49,161 bases of DNA from Octopus sinensis (GCF_006345805.1 NW_021834374.1:1-49161); one strand, 5' to 3'. Positions 13,791-26,539 are shown, numbered from the stretch's first letter. The notes: generated by a model from the sequence alone, not told the origin. Numbers and translations are program-made.

Positions 13791-13915
13791 TCTAGTAAGT
13801 CATTCATGGCGATGGCCGGACAATACATATATATATATAAATATATGTGTGTGTGTATGAGTATGTGCATGTATGTATATATGTATATATATATACACAT
13901 GTAACAGGATTTCAC

Positions 13916-13969
13916 TGGGGAAATTTCGAACCTGGGTTCTCATTCCTAAGGTATTTTTCGATGTTGTTG

Positions 13970-14022
<53 letters not shown>

Positions 14023-14210
14023 GTTCTGGTCACTGCTTCGAATCGAACTTGGAATTTTTGGGTTAGTATCCCACGCTCTTAACCACTACGCCATATGCCC
14101 GTGGGCATATGGCGTAGTGGTTGGAGGGTGTATCAGCCGAAACATTGTTTTAACAACAAACAAGATGAGGACAAATATCCGTCGAATGTAAATAATGTAA
14201 ATAATGTATA
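13916..14210. mobile_element. Element 'F' locus 1: inverted tRNA-head/(AAT)n half joined to plus-strand tail with hammerhead 3' half
   Basis: Minus 13916-14100: gggcatatggcgtagtggttaagagcg..gttcgattc..(AAT)n..aaaataccttaggaatgagaacccaggttcgaaatttcccca; plus 14123-14210: ggagggtgtat CAGCC GAAAC ATT gttt..caagatgaggacaaatatccgtc.aatgtaaataatgta. Both parts are homologous to 26035-26521. Confidence 0.8.
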
Positions 14211-14214
14211 TAAG

Positions 14215-14421
14215 ATTTTGTTGTTAAAATTTATGGGCAACAATTTGGTTATTCTTCTACAATACAGAAAATCATTTAATACTGATTTTATATAATTCAT
14301 AAAAATATTTCAATATAAAAATATAATAGGGTTTTTCAAACATGGAATGGCTCTGAGGGCTCAACTGGGTAGATAGGAACTAAAGGGGTCTGTAGGAAAA
14401 AAGCTGATTGGGAACTATTGA
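14215..14421 (+). mobile_element. Degenerate 3' half of a possible hAT-like MITE
   Basis: Similar to 6030-6182; ends ggggtctgtaggaaaaaagctgattgggaactattg. Confidence 0.35.
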
Positions 14422-14719
14422 ACAATACCGTGATTCGATCTGTTTGGTCTTCAGTCGTCATCAAGAGTTTTATTCTTAGATATTTAATGTGTATACGTAT
14501 TCGTTTTTTCTATCTTTTTACATCGGTTTCCTTTAAAGTAGAAGACTATGTCCATGGCCTTCAAGAAGGAGGACAATATCTACGACCCCTTACACAGCCG
14601 CTGAGACTGATGGAAGGGAGAACAATATTATCAAAGCAGAGATTTGTCCCGAATGCGGGTAGCAGTGTAGTCTCCATTGATGTCACTCGAGGTGCTCGTT
14701 GGGAGCATTAAAAAGGGTG

Positions 14720-15170
14720 ATGGATTAAATCCACTACCAAGTAGACCGTGGTGGTATTTGAACTCATAACCCAAAGAGACAGAATAAGCAACGTAACGCG
14801 TTCTTATATCTCCGTCAATCCACCGCACTGAATAGGCACTTGTTTTTTAATCGTCCTCGAAAGAATTGTTTTAAATGTTGACGCGTAACAGTTCTGCCAG
14901 TTCACCGCTAAAGGATATCAGTGCTTTATTCGATTAGCAATGGCGCATCATGTGGTTAATATTCCGAAAAAAAAAAATTATCATTAATTCAAGCACAATG
15001 CCAGCAATACTGAAAGGATGGATAAGATCGATTCCATCGACCTTAGTGCTTTGTTGGTACTCTATTTTATCGATCCCCATCGCTTATATACGAAAGGCAA
15101 AGTTGACCTTAACGGAATTTCAACTCAAAATGCAAAGAGACGAAACAATTACAGCATAGCATTTTTCCCA
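14720..15170 (-). mobile_element. Old SINE-A remnants (2-3 fragments)
   Basis: ttgaactcataac.caaagagacag..., ttatcgatcccc...gaaaggcaaagttgacc...ggaatttcaactca. Confidence 0.6.
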
Positions 15171-15684
15171 ACGAGCCCACTGATTCTGCAACATCACCAC
15201 ACTTTAATGGCAAGATAATATTATTAGTTAATTAACTAACCTAAACAAACGTAATTACTGTTGTATGAAATAAACTATTAAACAAATCGTTCTATGAAGC
15301 TACATTATACTGTATTATGCTAAATTACAAACTATAATGAAGTATACTTTGAACTACACCATGGTGATATAATTACGCAACCTTGAAGCCGTCGAGAGAG
15401 CCTCACCATGGACATCGCTTAAGTTGAGAGAAATAGCAGTCAAATCTCACTCAGTTTGCAGCCTAGTGTCCCAATAGTAATCAAAGAAGCAAAGTCAGTG
15501 TCAAAGGTCCCTTTTAGGGCCATTAGAAATAATGTGAGGAAGAGAGGAAATTAACATCAGACCGAACCCTCGTGCAAGGAGATATCCAAATATTGATGCA
15601 AAGACGAGAGAAATTTACTCTCAAAGAGAAACTTGTGCATGTATGTGTGTTTATTGCCCTGAATGTCTGCGTATATAATGCGTT

Positions 15685-15715
<31 letters not shown>

Positions 15716-15718
15716 AAA

Positions 15719-15807
<89 letters not shown>

Positions 15808-15839
15808 AATAATAATAATAATAATAATAAATAATACAT

Positions 15840-16914
<1,075 letters not shown>

Positions 16915-16923
16915 TATATATTG

Positions 16924-17230
16924 TGAAGGTGCGTGGCTTAGTGGTTAAGGCATTCGGCTCATGATCGTAAGTTAGTGAGTTCAATTCCCGGCGACGCGTT
17001 GTGTCCTTCAGCAAAACAGAAACTTTATTTCACGTTGCAAAAATGAGTAGTACCTGTATTCCAAAAGGGCCAGCTTTGTCACATTCTGTGTCACACTGAA
17101 GTTCCCAGTGAACTCCGTTAAGTGTACGCGTATCTGTGGAGTGCTCAGTTACAGGTACGTTAATTTCACGAGCAAGCTGTTCCGTTGATCGGATCAACTT
17201 GAACCCTCGTTGTCGTGACCGCCGGAGCGA
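16924..17230 (+). mobile_element. SINE 'E': tRNA head, C-type body, D-type tail
   Basis: Head/body like family C (gcgacgcgttgtgtcctt.agcaaaac..tttcacgttgc), tail tacctgtatt.caaaagggccagc.ttgtcaca.tctgtgtcac like 39170-39348. Confidence 0.85.
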
Positions 17231-17256
17231 CAGTATATATATGTTAAATATATATT

Positions 17257-17861
17257 CGAGTGTGGGATGCAAAGTTCAGAAGCTGATTGTGAAGAAATCA
17301 TGCGCTAGACGTGTGAAATACTGTATGCATTAATTTAAATACCTTTTATTAATAACCGCATTCATTCTTTCCAGGTAAACTGACATCTAATTGTTCAAAG
17401 AAGACTTTGAACTAACTAGTAGCGACTTCTCTTGAAAATGGACAGAATTTGGTATCGTGATGTTATCAAGTTCCTGAAGAAGCCTCCAAGGACATTCATA
17501 TTAATATGATTGCTACATTAGGGGTTGATGCTCCAGATTTACCAAGAGTGCGAAAGGGATCAGCTATATTTAGGAGGAGAAGGAAGAATGTTGAAGATGA
17601 CTCGAGGTCCAGATGTCCAGCAGCTGCCACCACAGGGGAAAACATTGATCGTGTTCACCACGTAGTGATGGATGACAGGCGATCGGTTATAAATGAAATA
17701 GGCAATGCTATTAGTATATCTCATAAGAGGGTTGAGAATATTCCGCGCAATGGACTTGGCATGATTTTTGTGTTGTTGTTGTTATTGGGTTTTTCCACTG
17801 CAATTTTAATTGAATATCCGTAAAAGCAACAGGAGAGAAATTAGCAATAATAATAATAATA

Positions 17862-17909
<48 letters not shown>

Positions 17910-17918
17910 ATCATCATT

Positions 17919-17953
<35 letters not shown>

Positions 17954-18650
17954 GCTCGGTGGTTGCCACGTCTTCTGATACCTGTTAAGAAGTGCACCAG
18001 GCAGATCACATCACAGGAATATCTGACATTGTTTGAGGCAGATCCAACTGGTTTCCTTGAGCGTTTCTTAACCCAGAATGAGCGCTGGGTTGAACCAAAG
18101 ATAAAGTGGAAACATCCCTCCTCATATCCTCCAAAGAAGGCCAAGATCGTTTCATCTGCAGGGGAAGTGATAACATCAGTTTTTGTGGATGCAAAAGGCA
18201 TTATATTTATTCATTATCTTCAAAAGGGTCACACCATCAACGGATAGTACTATGCCAACTTGCTGAGATTACGAAAGGCTATCAAAACCAAACGCCCAGG
18301 AAAATTAACGAAACAAGTCTTGTTTCATCAGGACAATGCTCCAACGCACAAATCCTGGGTTTAATGGCTTTTATATGTGACAGTGGTTTTGAACTGGTTA
18401 ATCACCCTCCCTGTATTCCTGTTTTGGCCCCATCTGATTATCATCTGTTCTCCAACATGAAAAGACACTTGCCTAGGAACCAGTATCGCAGTGAAGATGA
18501 CGTCATATCTACTGTTGATGTCCCCTTTTGATCGCAAGGATGAAAGCGTCTTCACCAATTGGATCGAAGTACTGCAACACCGATGAAAGAAATCTGTGGA
18601 CCACCATGGGACAATACTGAAAAATAAACTTCATTTGGTCACATTACATG
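17257..18650 (+). pseudogene. Mariner (Tc1/mariner, DD34D) transposase pseudogene, left TIR-like end, right TIR missing
   Basis: ATG 17438 to TAA 18627 with frameshifts/stops: EDDSRSRCP.ATT.ENIDRVHH (HTH), ARWLPRLL (WVPxxL), FLTQNE (first D to N), WKHPSS.PPKK, SVFVDAKG, TING.YY, FHQDNA, LAPSDYHLF. cgagtgtgggatgcaaagttcagaagctga at 17257 resembles a mariner TIR. Confidence 0.92.
17765..17953. repeat. Repeat 'J' (~85-bp module plus AAT/TAT/CAT array) inserted in the transposase ORF
   Basis: Sits between GM (17758-17763) and ARW (17954); module recurs at 19919-20005. Confidence 0.85.
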
Positions 18651-18659
18651 TGTTAGTCG

Positions 18660-19050
18660 TCATGGACCTCTATACTAGATTCGGAAGATTTCCTGCTGTT
18701 TCCTGGTAAAGATTCGACTGTGGCTTTCTATTGTCTTCAGTTGGTTTATTTACAGTTTATTCTGCAAGTCCCCAGCTCTCCTCAATATGCCCTTAAGGCT
18801 AGAGGAGCTTTCCCTGGTAGCCACATGTTTTATCGCTTATTGATGGGTCCCTCCTCACGTGATGAGGGATTTCGTTCAGAGAAGATGATTTCTTCCTCAC
18901 AGAAGAAGAGCTCTTATGCATAAGATGTGCTTCCCTTCGTAGGAGACGGATTGCGCAACACTGGAGATCTACATCGACCTATCAACGCGCTTCAAACGCA
19001 TTGGCTGAAGCTTCTTCGAACCAGAGAACTGAAGAGAATCATTAATGCAA
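18660..19050 (-). mobile_element. Highly decayed PLE linker/GIY-YIG relic (tentative)
   Basis: Minus-strand fragments in order: LWFEE, PVLRNPSPTKGST (cf. VLFxPxTPGSxL), RKKSSSL..RRDP....CG (cf. KVVERxGxSL...DP...C), YQETAGNL (cf. YxGETARNL). Many stops and shifts. Confidence 0.45.
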
Positions 19051-19918
19051 AGCAGACTCTTCTGCCCTCAAGGAATTACGTGGTTGTTTTTAACCAAGTG
19101 GCGGATACAGTTTGCCAACCAAGTAGGCCACGGTGGAATTTGAAACAGGAACACAAAGCAAGGTCCTTAATAAAGGAAGACCACACTAGATAATGAATAC
19201 AACTAAATTATGCATACTTCCAAAATATTTCTCACATATTTCTCACGATTGAAACGATTTTGAACTCAAAATGGAGCGAGAGAGGCATACTATATAATGT
19301 ATTTTGCCTCTGATATTTGAAAAAAAATTAACACATTAGTCACGGATGGAACGCTTTTGAATATAGACTTCGACAGGATTTTAACTTCAACAGCAAACAT
19401 ACCTCTTTAATACACGAACATATGAAAGAATGTACACTACTTTTATAACATTTTAGAAACTAAAACGCATTAGTCATATCTGGAACGCCTTTGATCATAG
19501 CTATGTTCGATCGTTTCTAATCTGGAGCCAAATCACGGCAGTAAGGAAACAAAAACAACAACAACCACAGTAATGGCAACTACAGAAACAACAACCGAAG
19601 CCAATAAAGGATAATTTATAATTACCTCAAGAAACTAGAAAATCATACATTCTTGTCAAAACATATTTGGAAATATATTAAGTGAATGGAATTTAAGCTC
19701 ACACCGCTTTTTAAAATTTAAGAGAATTAGGAAAAGGAAAACAGAAAACAATTACAGCAGCCAAAACAAATGGAAACGTTTAAAGTGGAACCAGTTATGT
19801 GGAAGTAGACGCTCGGTTGGTTAATATCCAAGAAAATTTAACCATGTTTTAATAAATTAAATATGACATATTTTTTGAAAGAAGCGAGTATTGTCTAAAT
19901 TGGGTTAATGTTTGCCAA

Positions 19919-20083
19919 GATTTTTGTGTTGTTGTTGCTATTGGGGTTTTTTCCACTGCAATTGAAATTGAATATCCGTAAAAGCAACAGGAGAGAAATT
20001 AGCAATTATTATTATTATCATTATTATTATTATTATTGTTGTTGTTGTTGTTGTTGTTGTTGTTATTATTATTATTATTTATT

Positions 20084-20118
<35 letters not shown>

Positions 20119-20120
20119 TA
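19919..20120. repeat. Repeat 'J', second copy with TAT/TGT/CAT array
   Basis: atttttgtgttgttgttg.tattggg.tttttccactgcaatt.aattgaatatccgtaaaagcaacaggagagaaattagcaat. Confidence 0.85.
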
Positions 20121-20124
20121 TTAT

Positions 20125-20310
20125 AATCTCAAATTTTGGTGCAAAGCCAGCAATTTCGGAGCAGGCGATGGGATAAGTCGATTACACCGACTCCGAAATG
20201 ATGAAAGGCAAAGTAGACCCTAATGGAAATTGAACTCATAATGTAAAGACAGACGAAATGCGGCTAAGCATTTTGCCCAGCGAACTGACGATTCTGTCTG
20301 CTTGCAGCCT
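20125..20310 (-). mobile_element. SINE-A
   Basis: tcaaattttggtgcaaagccagcaatttc...gatgaaaggcaaagtagacc...gacgaaatgcggctaagcattttgcc. Confidence 0.75.
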
Positions 20311-20314
20311 TAAA

Positions 20315-20374
<60 letters not shown>

Positions 20375-20416
20375 CATTATTATTATTATTATTATATTAT
20401 TATTATTATTATGATA

Positions 20417-20520
20417 ACAATAATATTAAGCAAAGCAAAAGTGCAATTCTAAGAAAGATTCTTGAGATCTGAGGAGACTTTGTGCTTGCAAGACTTCCAA
20501 ATAACATCCCTGATATGTTA
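20417..20520 (+). mobile_element. Possible 3' tip of an R4/Dong-like LINE followed by (AAT)n
   Basis: caaaagtgcaattctaagaaagattcttgagatctga reads (with shift) KSAILRKILEI*, resembling the QKxAIL..ILRKxL* C-terminus; AAT tail follows. Confidence 0.45.
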
Positions 20521-20523
20521 ATA

Positions 20524-20638
<115 letters not shown>

Positions 20639-20669
20639 CATAATAATAATAATAATAATAATAATAATT

Positions 20670-20830
20670 CCTTCAATAGGCACAAGACTTGAAATTTTGG
20701 GAGTGGGTTTAATCGTTTATATCGACTCTAGTACTGAACTGGTACATATTTTATTGCCTTCGAACGGATGAAAAGCAAAATCGACCTCAGCGGAATTTCA
20801 ACACAGAGCGTAAAGACAGATGAAAAGCTT
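20670..20830 (-). mobile_element. SINE-A, 5' truncated
   Basis: ggcacaagacttgaaattt...ggatgaaaagcaaaatcgacctcagcggaatttcaac. Confidence 0.7.
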
Positions 20831-21905
20831 CTAAGCATTTCTGTATTTGTCTCATCAGGAAGAGAAATGTGAAACAGTGAAGTAGAAGTGGAAAAGACGG
20901 GAAAATTGCGATACAGTGGTAACAACGACTCCGAGATTAATGTTACTATACAGATGCCTCTAACTGTACAGTCGCGTTTGTACTGCACTTGTCCATATAC
21001 TGTGATATGAGCCTATGGGGAATTGCATGTGGTACTACACCACTGTTTGTCGTTTCGGTCGCAAAATAGTTGGCAGAGATATTTATGTATAATTTTACGG
21101 GCTCGATAGGCAGTTGTCAAATGGAGGACATCACAGGATTGACATATGGCCAAGGAATCCTGGACCACTCGTTGGTCACACAATAAATTTCCTTGCGCTC
21201 GCTCTTCGCGAAACAGAGTGATATTGCCTTTTTTTATTGCCAGTACTTGTAAAAATTCCTCAGGCAAGGAGATACTTGCGTTTGTAACACACGGCAATCA
21301 AATCTCTATGTAATTGTTTATTTACTGTATCCAGAGATTTTTGGTTGGGAGACAGCGTTCGCCAAAATCCTTCCAGAAGCACCAGCATTTATACTCGAAA
21401 AAATTTGCACGTTCGCGTGCACGTGTGTGCACACGCTCCCATGTGTGTCGTTGTTTGCTTTTCACTGAGATTATTCCAGTTTATTTTATCACCGTATCCT
21501 CTCACGCAGTTATACTTTTTTTCCCCGTGTCTGTTTCTTCGGAGCTGTTAGCTTTCTTTTGTCTTTGTTTTCCATGCAGTTGCTTTATTTTCAAAATGCA
21601 AAGAGTCAGAACATAATCTAACAATACGTAACTAAACCCTGCAAGGCATTCTTTGCTGATGCTTTACGGATTTTTCTTGGTAGAAACATAGTCTGATAAG
21701 TTGTTCCTCTCTTCTTTATCAAATAGTTACTAATAGTAACTAATATCATAACATCGTAACAAGTAACTAACAGCCTTAATAGGTATTTAATCTCTTAATT
21801 TTAGTAGTAATGCCAATATTAATTTTTCATTTTAGCCTAAGCGAATCACCACTCTCAATCACATCTTCTTTCTCTCTCTCTCTTTCATTCTCTCTTTCTC
21901 TCTCA

Positions 21906-21939
<34 letters not shown>

Positions 21940-23477
21940 GACACACACGCACACAAACATACACACGCACACATACACACGTTTCTTTCTATCTACACAC
22001 TTCTTCTCGCTCCTTCCCTATCTATCTATCTCTGCCACTCTCTCTCTCTCACACACACTCTTTCTCTCAGATAAAGGGTAAACCTCTGAACCCTTACAAT
22101 ATTCACTCTTTATCCTTGCCAAACTTGTCAATCAGTCCTATGAATGTCTCCTATGGACTAACGATATTATGGAGCGCTGCCTATGGGTTCGGCTGTTGGA
22201 ATCCCGATCGTAACGTTCTAGGTTCCATTCACAGGCTGAACGGTGCTTTTTGTCTTTGAGCAAAGTACTTCATATAACTTCATATAACTTTATACAAGAG
22301 AGAGAGAGAGACAGAGAGAGAGTAGCCTTACAGACTAGTGCCTCCAAATCTTGAAAATGTGCGGTGCCGTTAGCATTTGATGGATAAAGAACAAATTACA
22401 ACCAGTTTCCTCAGTTTGCAGGTTTTACGATATCTCGACATCGATGCCTAAGAGAATAGCGTTAGTCTCCTTCTAAGGCAGTGGATGCCATATAAAATTT
22501 AGCCACTGCTCTACTGTGTTTAGAGTTCAAATCCTACCAAGGTTCTTTAAACTTTTTTCAAGAACTGACGTTCCCATAATATAACAAATTTTATTAAAAA
22601 TCTTGTCACTTCTTACAAATTGAAATCTTAGAATTTCTTCACGTTATTCGTTAATCAATCGCAATAACAAGTTAGAAGTATTCTTCTAACAAACCCTGAC
22701 TAATCATTCACGAATCCTTACGTCATTTCAATTCAAAGTCTCTTGCATTTCAAACCACAAAACAAAACAAAAAAGGAAAAAAAAAACAAACAAAAAATAT
22801 TTCGGAATTAATTCTAAAGACCCTAACCTTCAGTTCTTGAAATGTGATCAAATTCATTTCGGCCACTTAAAGCAAAAGGCAAAATGAAAAGGAAAGAAAA
22901 AAGGGGGGAAAAGTGCTGACACGGACAAAGATATGCCCATCAACAATTAGCTCGCATTGAAAATTCAATCATATATTCACTGTGAACGCACTTGCCAGTG
23001 CACAGATTCTAACATGAATTCCTGCATTTTATTTGGAAAAGAATATTCAGAAAGAAATTGAATACATTTGTAATTTGTATATTAAAATCTCTATTCATAA
23101 TTCACATGATTAAGAATATTGTATGAACCGTGTTTCATATTCAAGGACTACTCGCAACTTACACCTTGCACTCAACGCATAAATATTGATCAGTTTCACA
23201 ATTCTAACATCCCTGTGCATTCCTGCATGCAACGGTTTCATTTATGCTGCAATTTCTCTAATTATGAATTATTTCCTGCATTTTGCTTCATGATCCAAGT
23301 GAGTAAATCATTATTGACAAGTCCGTCCACTGATAAACATGCCATTATTACTGAAAGTAACAAAGATTGATTATGTCATTTCCAACTTGTCCGGGTACGC
23401 TAGTTAGTCTCTTGTAAAGCTAAGCAAATACACATAAAAAAAAAAAGACTGATAAAATGCTTAAATTTTCCAACATA

Positions 23478-23633
23478 GGCGCAGGCGTGGGTGTGTGGAA
23501 AGAAGCTTGCTTCTCAGCCACACGGCTCAGGATTAAATTCAATCCCGCTGTGTGGCACCTTGGGCCAGATTCTTCTATAGGCTCGAGCCGATCAAAGTAT
23601 TGTGAATGGATCTGGTAGGCAGAAACTGAAAGA
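23478..23633 (+). mobile_element. SINE-B 5' half, abutting a SINE-A head
   Basis: ggcgcaggcgtgggtgtgtgg...ggcaccttgggcc...gaaactgaaagaag then aggcggcaagctggcag. Confidence 0.75.
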
Positions 23634-24350
23634 AGGCGGCAAGCTGGCAGAAACATTAGCGCGCCGGACGAAATGTTTAGCGGTATTTCATCTGCCGCTA
23701 CGTTCTGAGTTCATATTCTGCCGAGGTCAACTTTGCCTTTCATCCTTTCGGGGTCGATAAATTAAGTACCAGTTACGCACTGGCGTCGATGTAATCGACT
23801 TAATACCTATGTCTGTCCTTGTTTTTTCTCTCTATGTTTAGCCCCTTGTGAGTAATAAAGTAATAGAAATAGGTATTTCATCTGCCGCTACGTTCTGAGT
23901 TCAAATTCCGCCGCGGTCGACTTTGCTTTTCATCCTTTCGGGGTCGATTAAATAAGTACCAGTTACGCACTGGGGTCGATATAATCGACTTAATCCGTTT
24001 GTCTGTCCTTGTTTGTCCTCTCTGTGTTTAGCCCCTTGTGGGTAGTAAAGAAATAAGTATTTCATCTGCCGCTATGTTCTGAGTTCAAATTCAGCAGAGG
24101 TCAACTTTGCCCAGTTACGCACTGGGGTTGATGTAATTGACTAGCTACCTTCCTCCAAACAATTGCCAAGGCCTTGTGCCTAGAGTAGAACTAATTATTA
24201 TAAGGACTGCGAACTGGCTGAATCGTTAGTACGTCGCGTTAAATGCTTAACGGCATTTGATCAGGCTTAAAACATTCTGAGTTCAAAGCCCACCAAGGCT
24301 AACTTAGCCTTCCATTTCTACGAGGTCGATTAAATAAAGTACTTCTTAAT
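23634..24350 (+). mobile_element. Multimeric SINE-A (one headed unit plus two head-less ~184-bp units) and a further decayed A copy
   Basis: gtatttcatctgccgcta..ttctgagttca recurs at 23683, 23873, 24057; decayed A head from ~24205. Confidence 0.9.
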
Positions 24351-24539
24351 CAAGACCGGGTTCCCTGGTAGAATTGTTAAAACGTCTAAGAAAATGTAAT
24401 AAACCTCTTCATTGGTTCATACAAAATTACCACCATAAGATTCATTTGTAAGTAAAAATATTTCCTCCAACAGAAGCAACTCTGGTACAAAATAGTAGTG
24501 GAACAGTAATAATTCAGGGCAAAAAATTAGTTCTTCCCG

Positions 24540-24790
24540 TAGTATTGACCTCTAGTGACCGGCTGTTTCGTGTATGTACGATGGATGCTGTTTATGTTTC
24601 TTATTCAAGTTGAAGGCTGCCAGAAAATATGGCTGTAGTGAGCTCCGTAGGGATGGTGTTCCATGAAGAACAACTGAGAATAGGGTTTAGTGGGGGGGGT
24701 TTAAAAGAACGGACAGAAAAGGTTTGATGTGGAGACGAGAAACACGTGAGCTGAGAGGGCATGATTGAATATGATACGAAACGATTTTGT
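24540..24790 (-). mobile_element. Possible L2/CR1-group LINE 3' relic
   Basis: Minus strand fragments KPYSQLFF then WNTIPTELT..GSLQL, resembling the SFF..WNxLP...LQxFK C-terminal pattern; frameshifted. Confidence 0.3.
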
Positions 24791-24879
24791 TTCTAATGGA
24801 AAATAAGTAGCGAAAATAACAACAGCTATAACAAACTCGATGTAAAAGAAATATTGATTTCAGATTTTGATACAAGGTG

Positions 24880-25075
24880 AGCAATTTCGGGACAGGGGTA
24901 AGTCCATAACATTGACCACAATACTCAACTGGTACTTATTTTATCGACCCCGATAAAAGGAAGAAAGGTAAAAATCGATCTCTGCAGAATTTGAACTCTT
25001 TGCGTAAAAACGGACGAAGTAATGCCGTTGAGCATTTTATACGGCGCGCTATCGAATCTGCCATCTTGCCGCTTT
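24880..25075 (-). mobile_element. SINE-A, degenerate
   Basis: ctggtacttattttatcgacccc...gaatttgaactc...atctgccatcttgccgc. Confidence 0.7.
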
Positions 25076-25749
25076 TATGTAACGAAAATATTAAACTTAT
25101 AAAATGTTAACAAAAAAACAGAAAAAAACCTCCATCGCCTCTGTTTATTACAAAAGCAGAACGAAAACGTTACTTACCACTGTCCGTACATATATTATCA
25201 TATATGCAAGGAGAGTCAAAATTGAATTTCACGACAAATTAGGAACGACTCGCTAATGATAATCTTATCCAGGTTACTAAACTTCGTCTGGAATTATATA
25301 AAGTTTTAGACATGAGTTAGGAAGAAAAAAGTTCGAATAAAATGCAAATGCGTTGGAAAATTTGTTAACCAACATCTGGAAAGCGTTTGAAAATCTGAAA
25401 TGAATAAATTGGATTCTGTAGTAGTTAATGGACGAACCTAAAATCTAATGAATGTGTATTTGAATTCCTTCAATTGTTCGCAAGTTAGTGCGGAAAGTTT
25501 TCTATTGACGACCAAATCTACGAGATGAAACCTCAATTTTTTTTTATTTCTTTCTGTTATGTCAAACTCGCTGGTAATGTTAATGTTGCAGTATTGTTAA
25601 AAATATGAAAAGGCTTCTGGTTTCTTTTCGTTTCTTAGTTTTTGTTCTTTTTGTTATCTTTTGGTGGGGTGGTACTCATGGAAGATGTTGCTACGTGTCA
25701 GGTTGAATAACTTTTACTACTGCTGTGATCAAACTATGACAATAGAACG

Positions 25750-25810
25750 CATTATATATATATATATATATATATATCTATATATATATTATATAATATT
25801 ATATATATAT

Positions 25811-25846
<36 letters not shown>

Positions 25847-25893
25847 ATACATTTACATACATATATTATATTATATGTATGCATATATATTAT

Positions 25894-25945
<52 letters not shown>

Positions 25946-26030
25946 ATATACATTTACATACATATATTATATTATATGTATGCATATATATTATTATATG
26001 TGTGTATATATATATACCATACATTATATA
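25750..26030. repeat. (AT)n-rich microsatellite
   Basis: Directly visible. Confidence 0.9.
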
Positions 26031-26034
26031 TATA

Positions 26035-26152
26035 TCGAACCTGGATTCTCATTCCTAAGGTATTTTTCGATGTGTTTTATTATATTATTATTATTATTAT
26101 TATTATTATATTATTATTATTAGTATTATTATTATTATCATCATCATCATTA

Positions 26153-26191
<39 letters not shown>

Positions 26192-26328
26192 GATTATTAT
26201 TATTATTATTATTATTATTATTTTATTATTATTATTATTATTAGATTCATCACTGCCTGGAATCGAAGAGTCGGAATCTTGGGGTTAGTAACCCGTGCTC
26301 TTAACCACTACGTCATATGCCCAATAAT

Positions 26329-26373
<45 letters not shown>

Positions 26374-26521
26374 CATAAAAATAATAATAATAATAAAAAT
26401 ACCTCAGGAATGAGAACCCAGGTTCGAAATTTCCCCAAGACACCGGATGATGGATGGAGGGCATATCAGCCGAAAGATGAGGACAAATATCCGTCAAATG
26501 TAAATAATGTAAGTAATGTAT
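26035..26521. mobile_element. Element 'F' locus 2: inverted tRNA-head/(AAT)n half (26035-26322, minus) joined to plus-strand (AAT)n plus tail with decayed hammerhead (26440-26475)
   Basis: Minus head gggcatatgacgtagtggttaagagcacggg...ttcgattccagg; plus tail acac CGGATGA T GGATG gagggcatat CAGCC GAAA then gatgaggacaaatatccgtcaaatgtaaataatgta. Confidence 0.85.
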
Positions 26522-26539
26522 AAAGCACTTGTTTCAAAC

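Noticed and set aside
17438-18627. Active or domesticated transposase
   Set aside because: Multiple frameshifts and stops, first catalytic D changed to N, an insertion, and no right TIR.
20825-20860. Minus-strand CTGATGAG...GAAA
   Set aside because: The GAAA belongs to the adjacent SINE-A; stem II does not pair.
23683-24130. Regularly spaced repeats as a CRISPR-like array
   Set aside because: Units are ~184-bp SINE multimers with no unique spacers and no cas genes; eukaryotic context.
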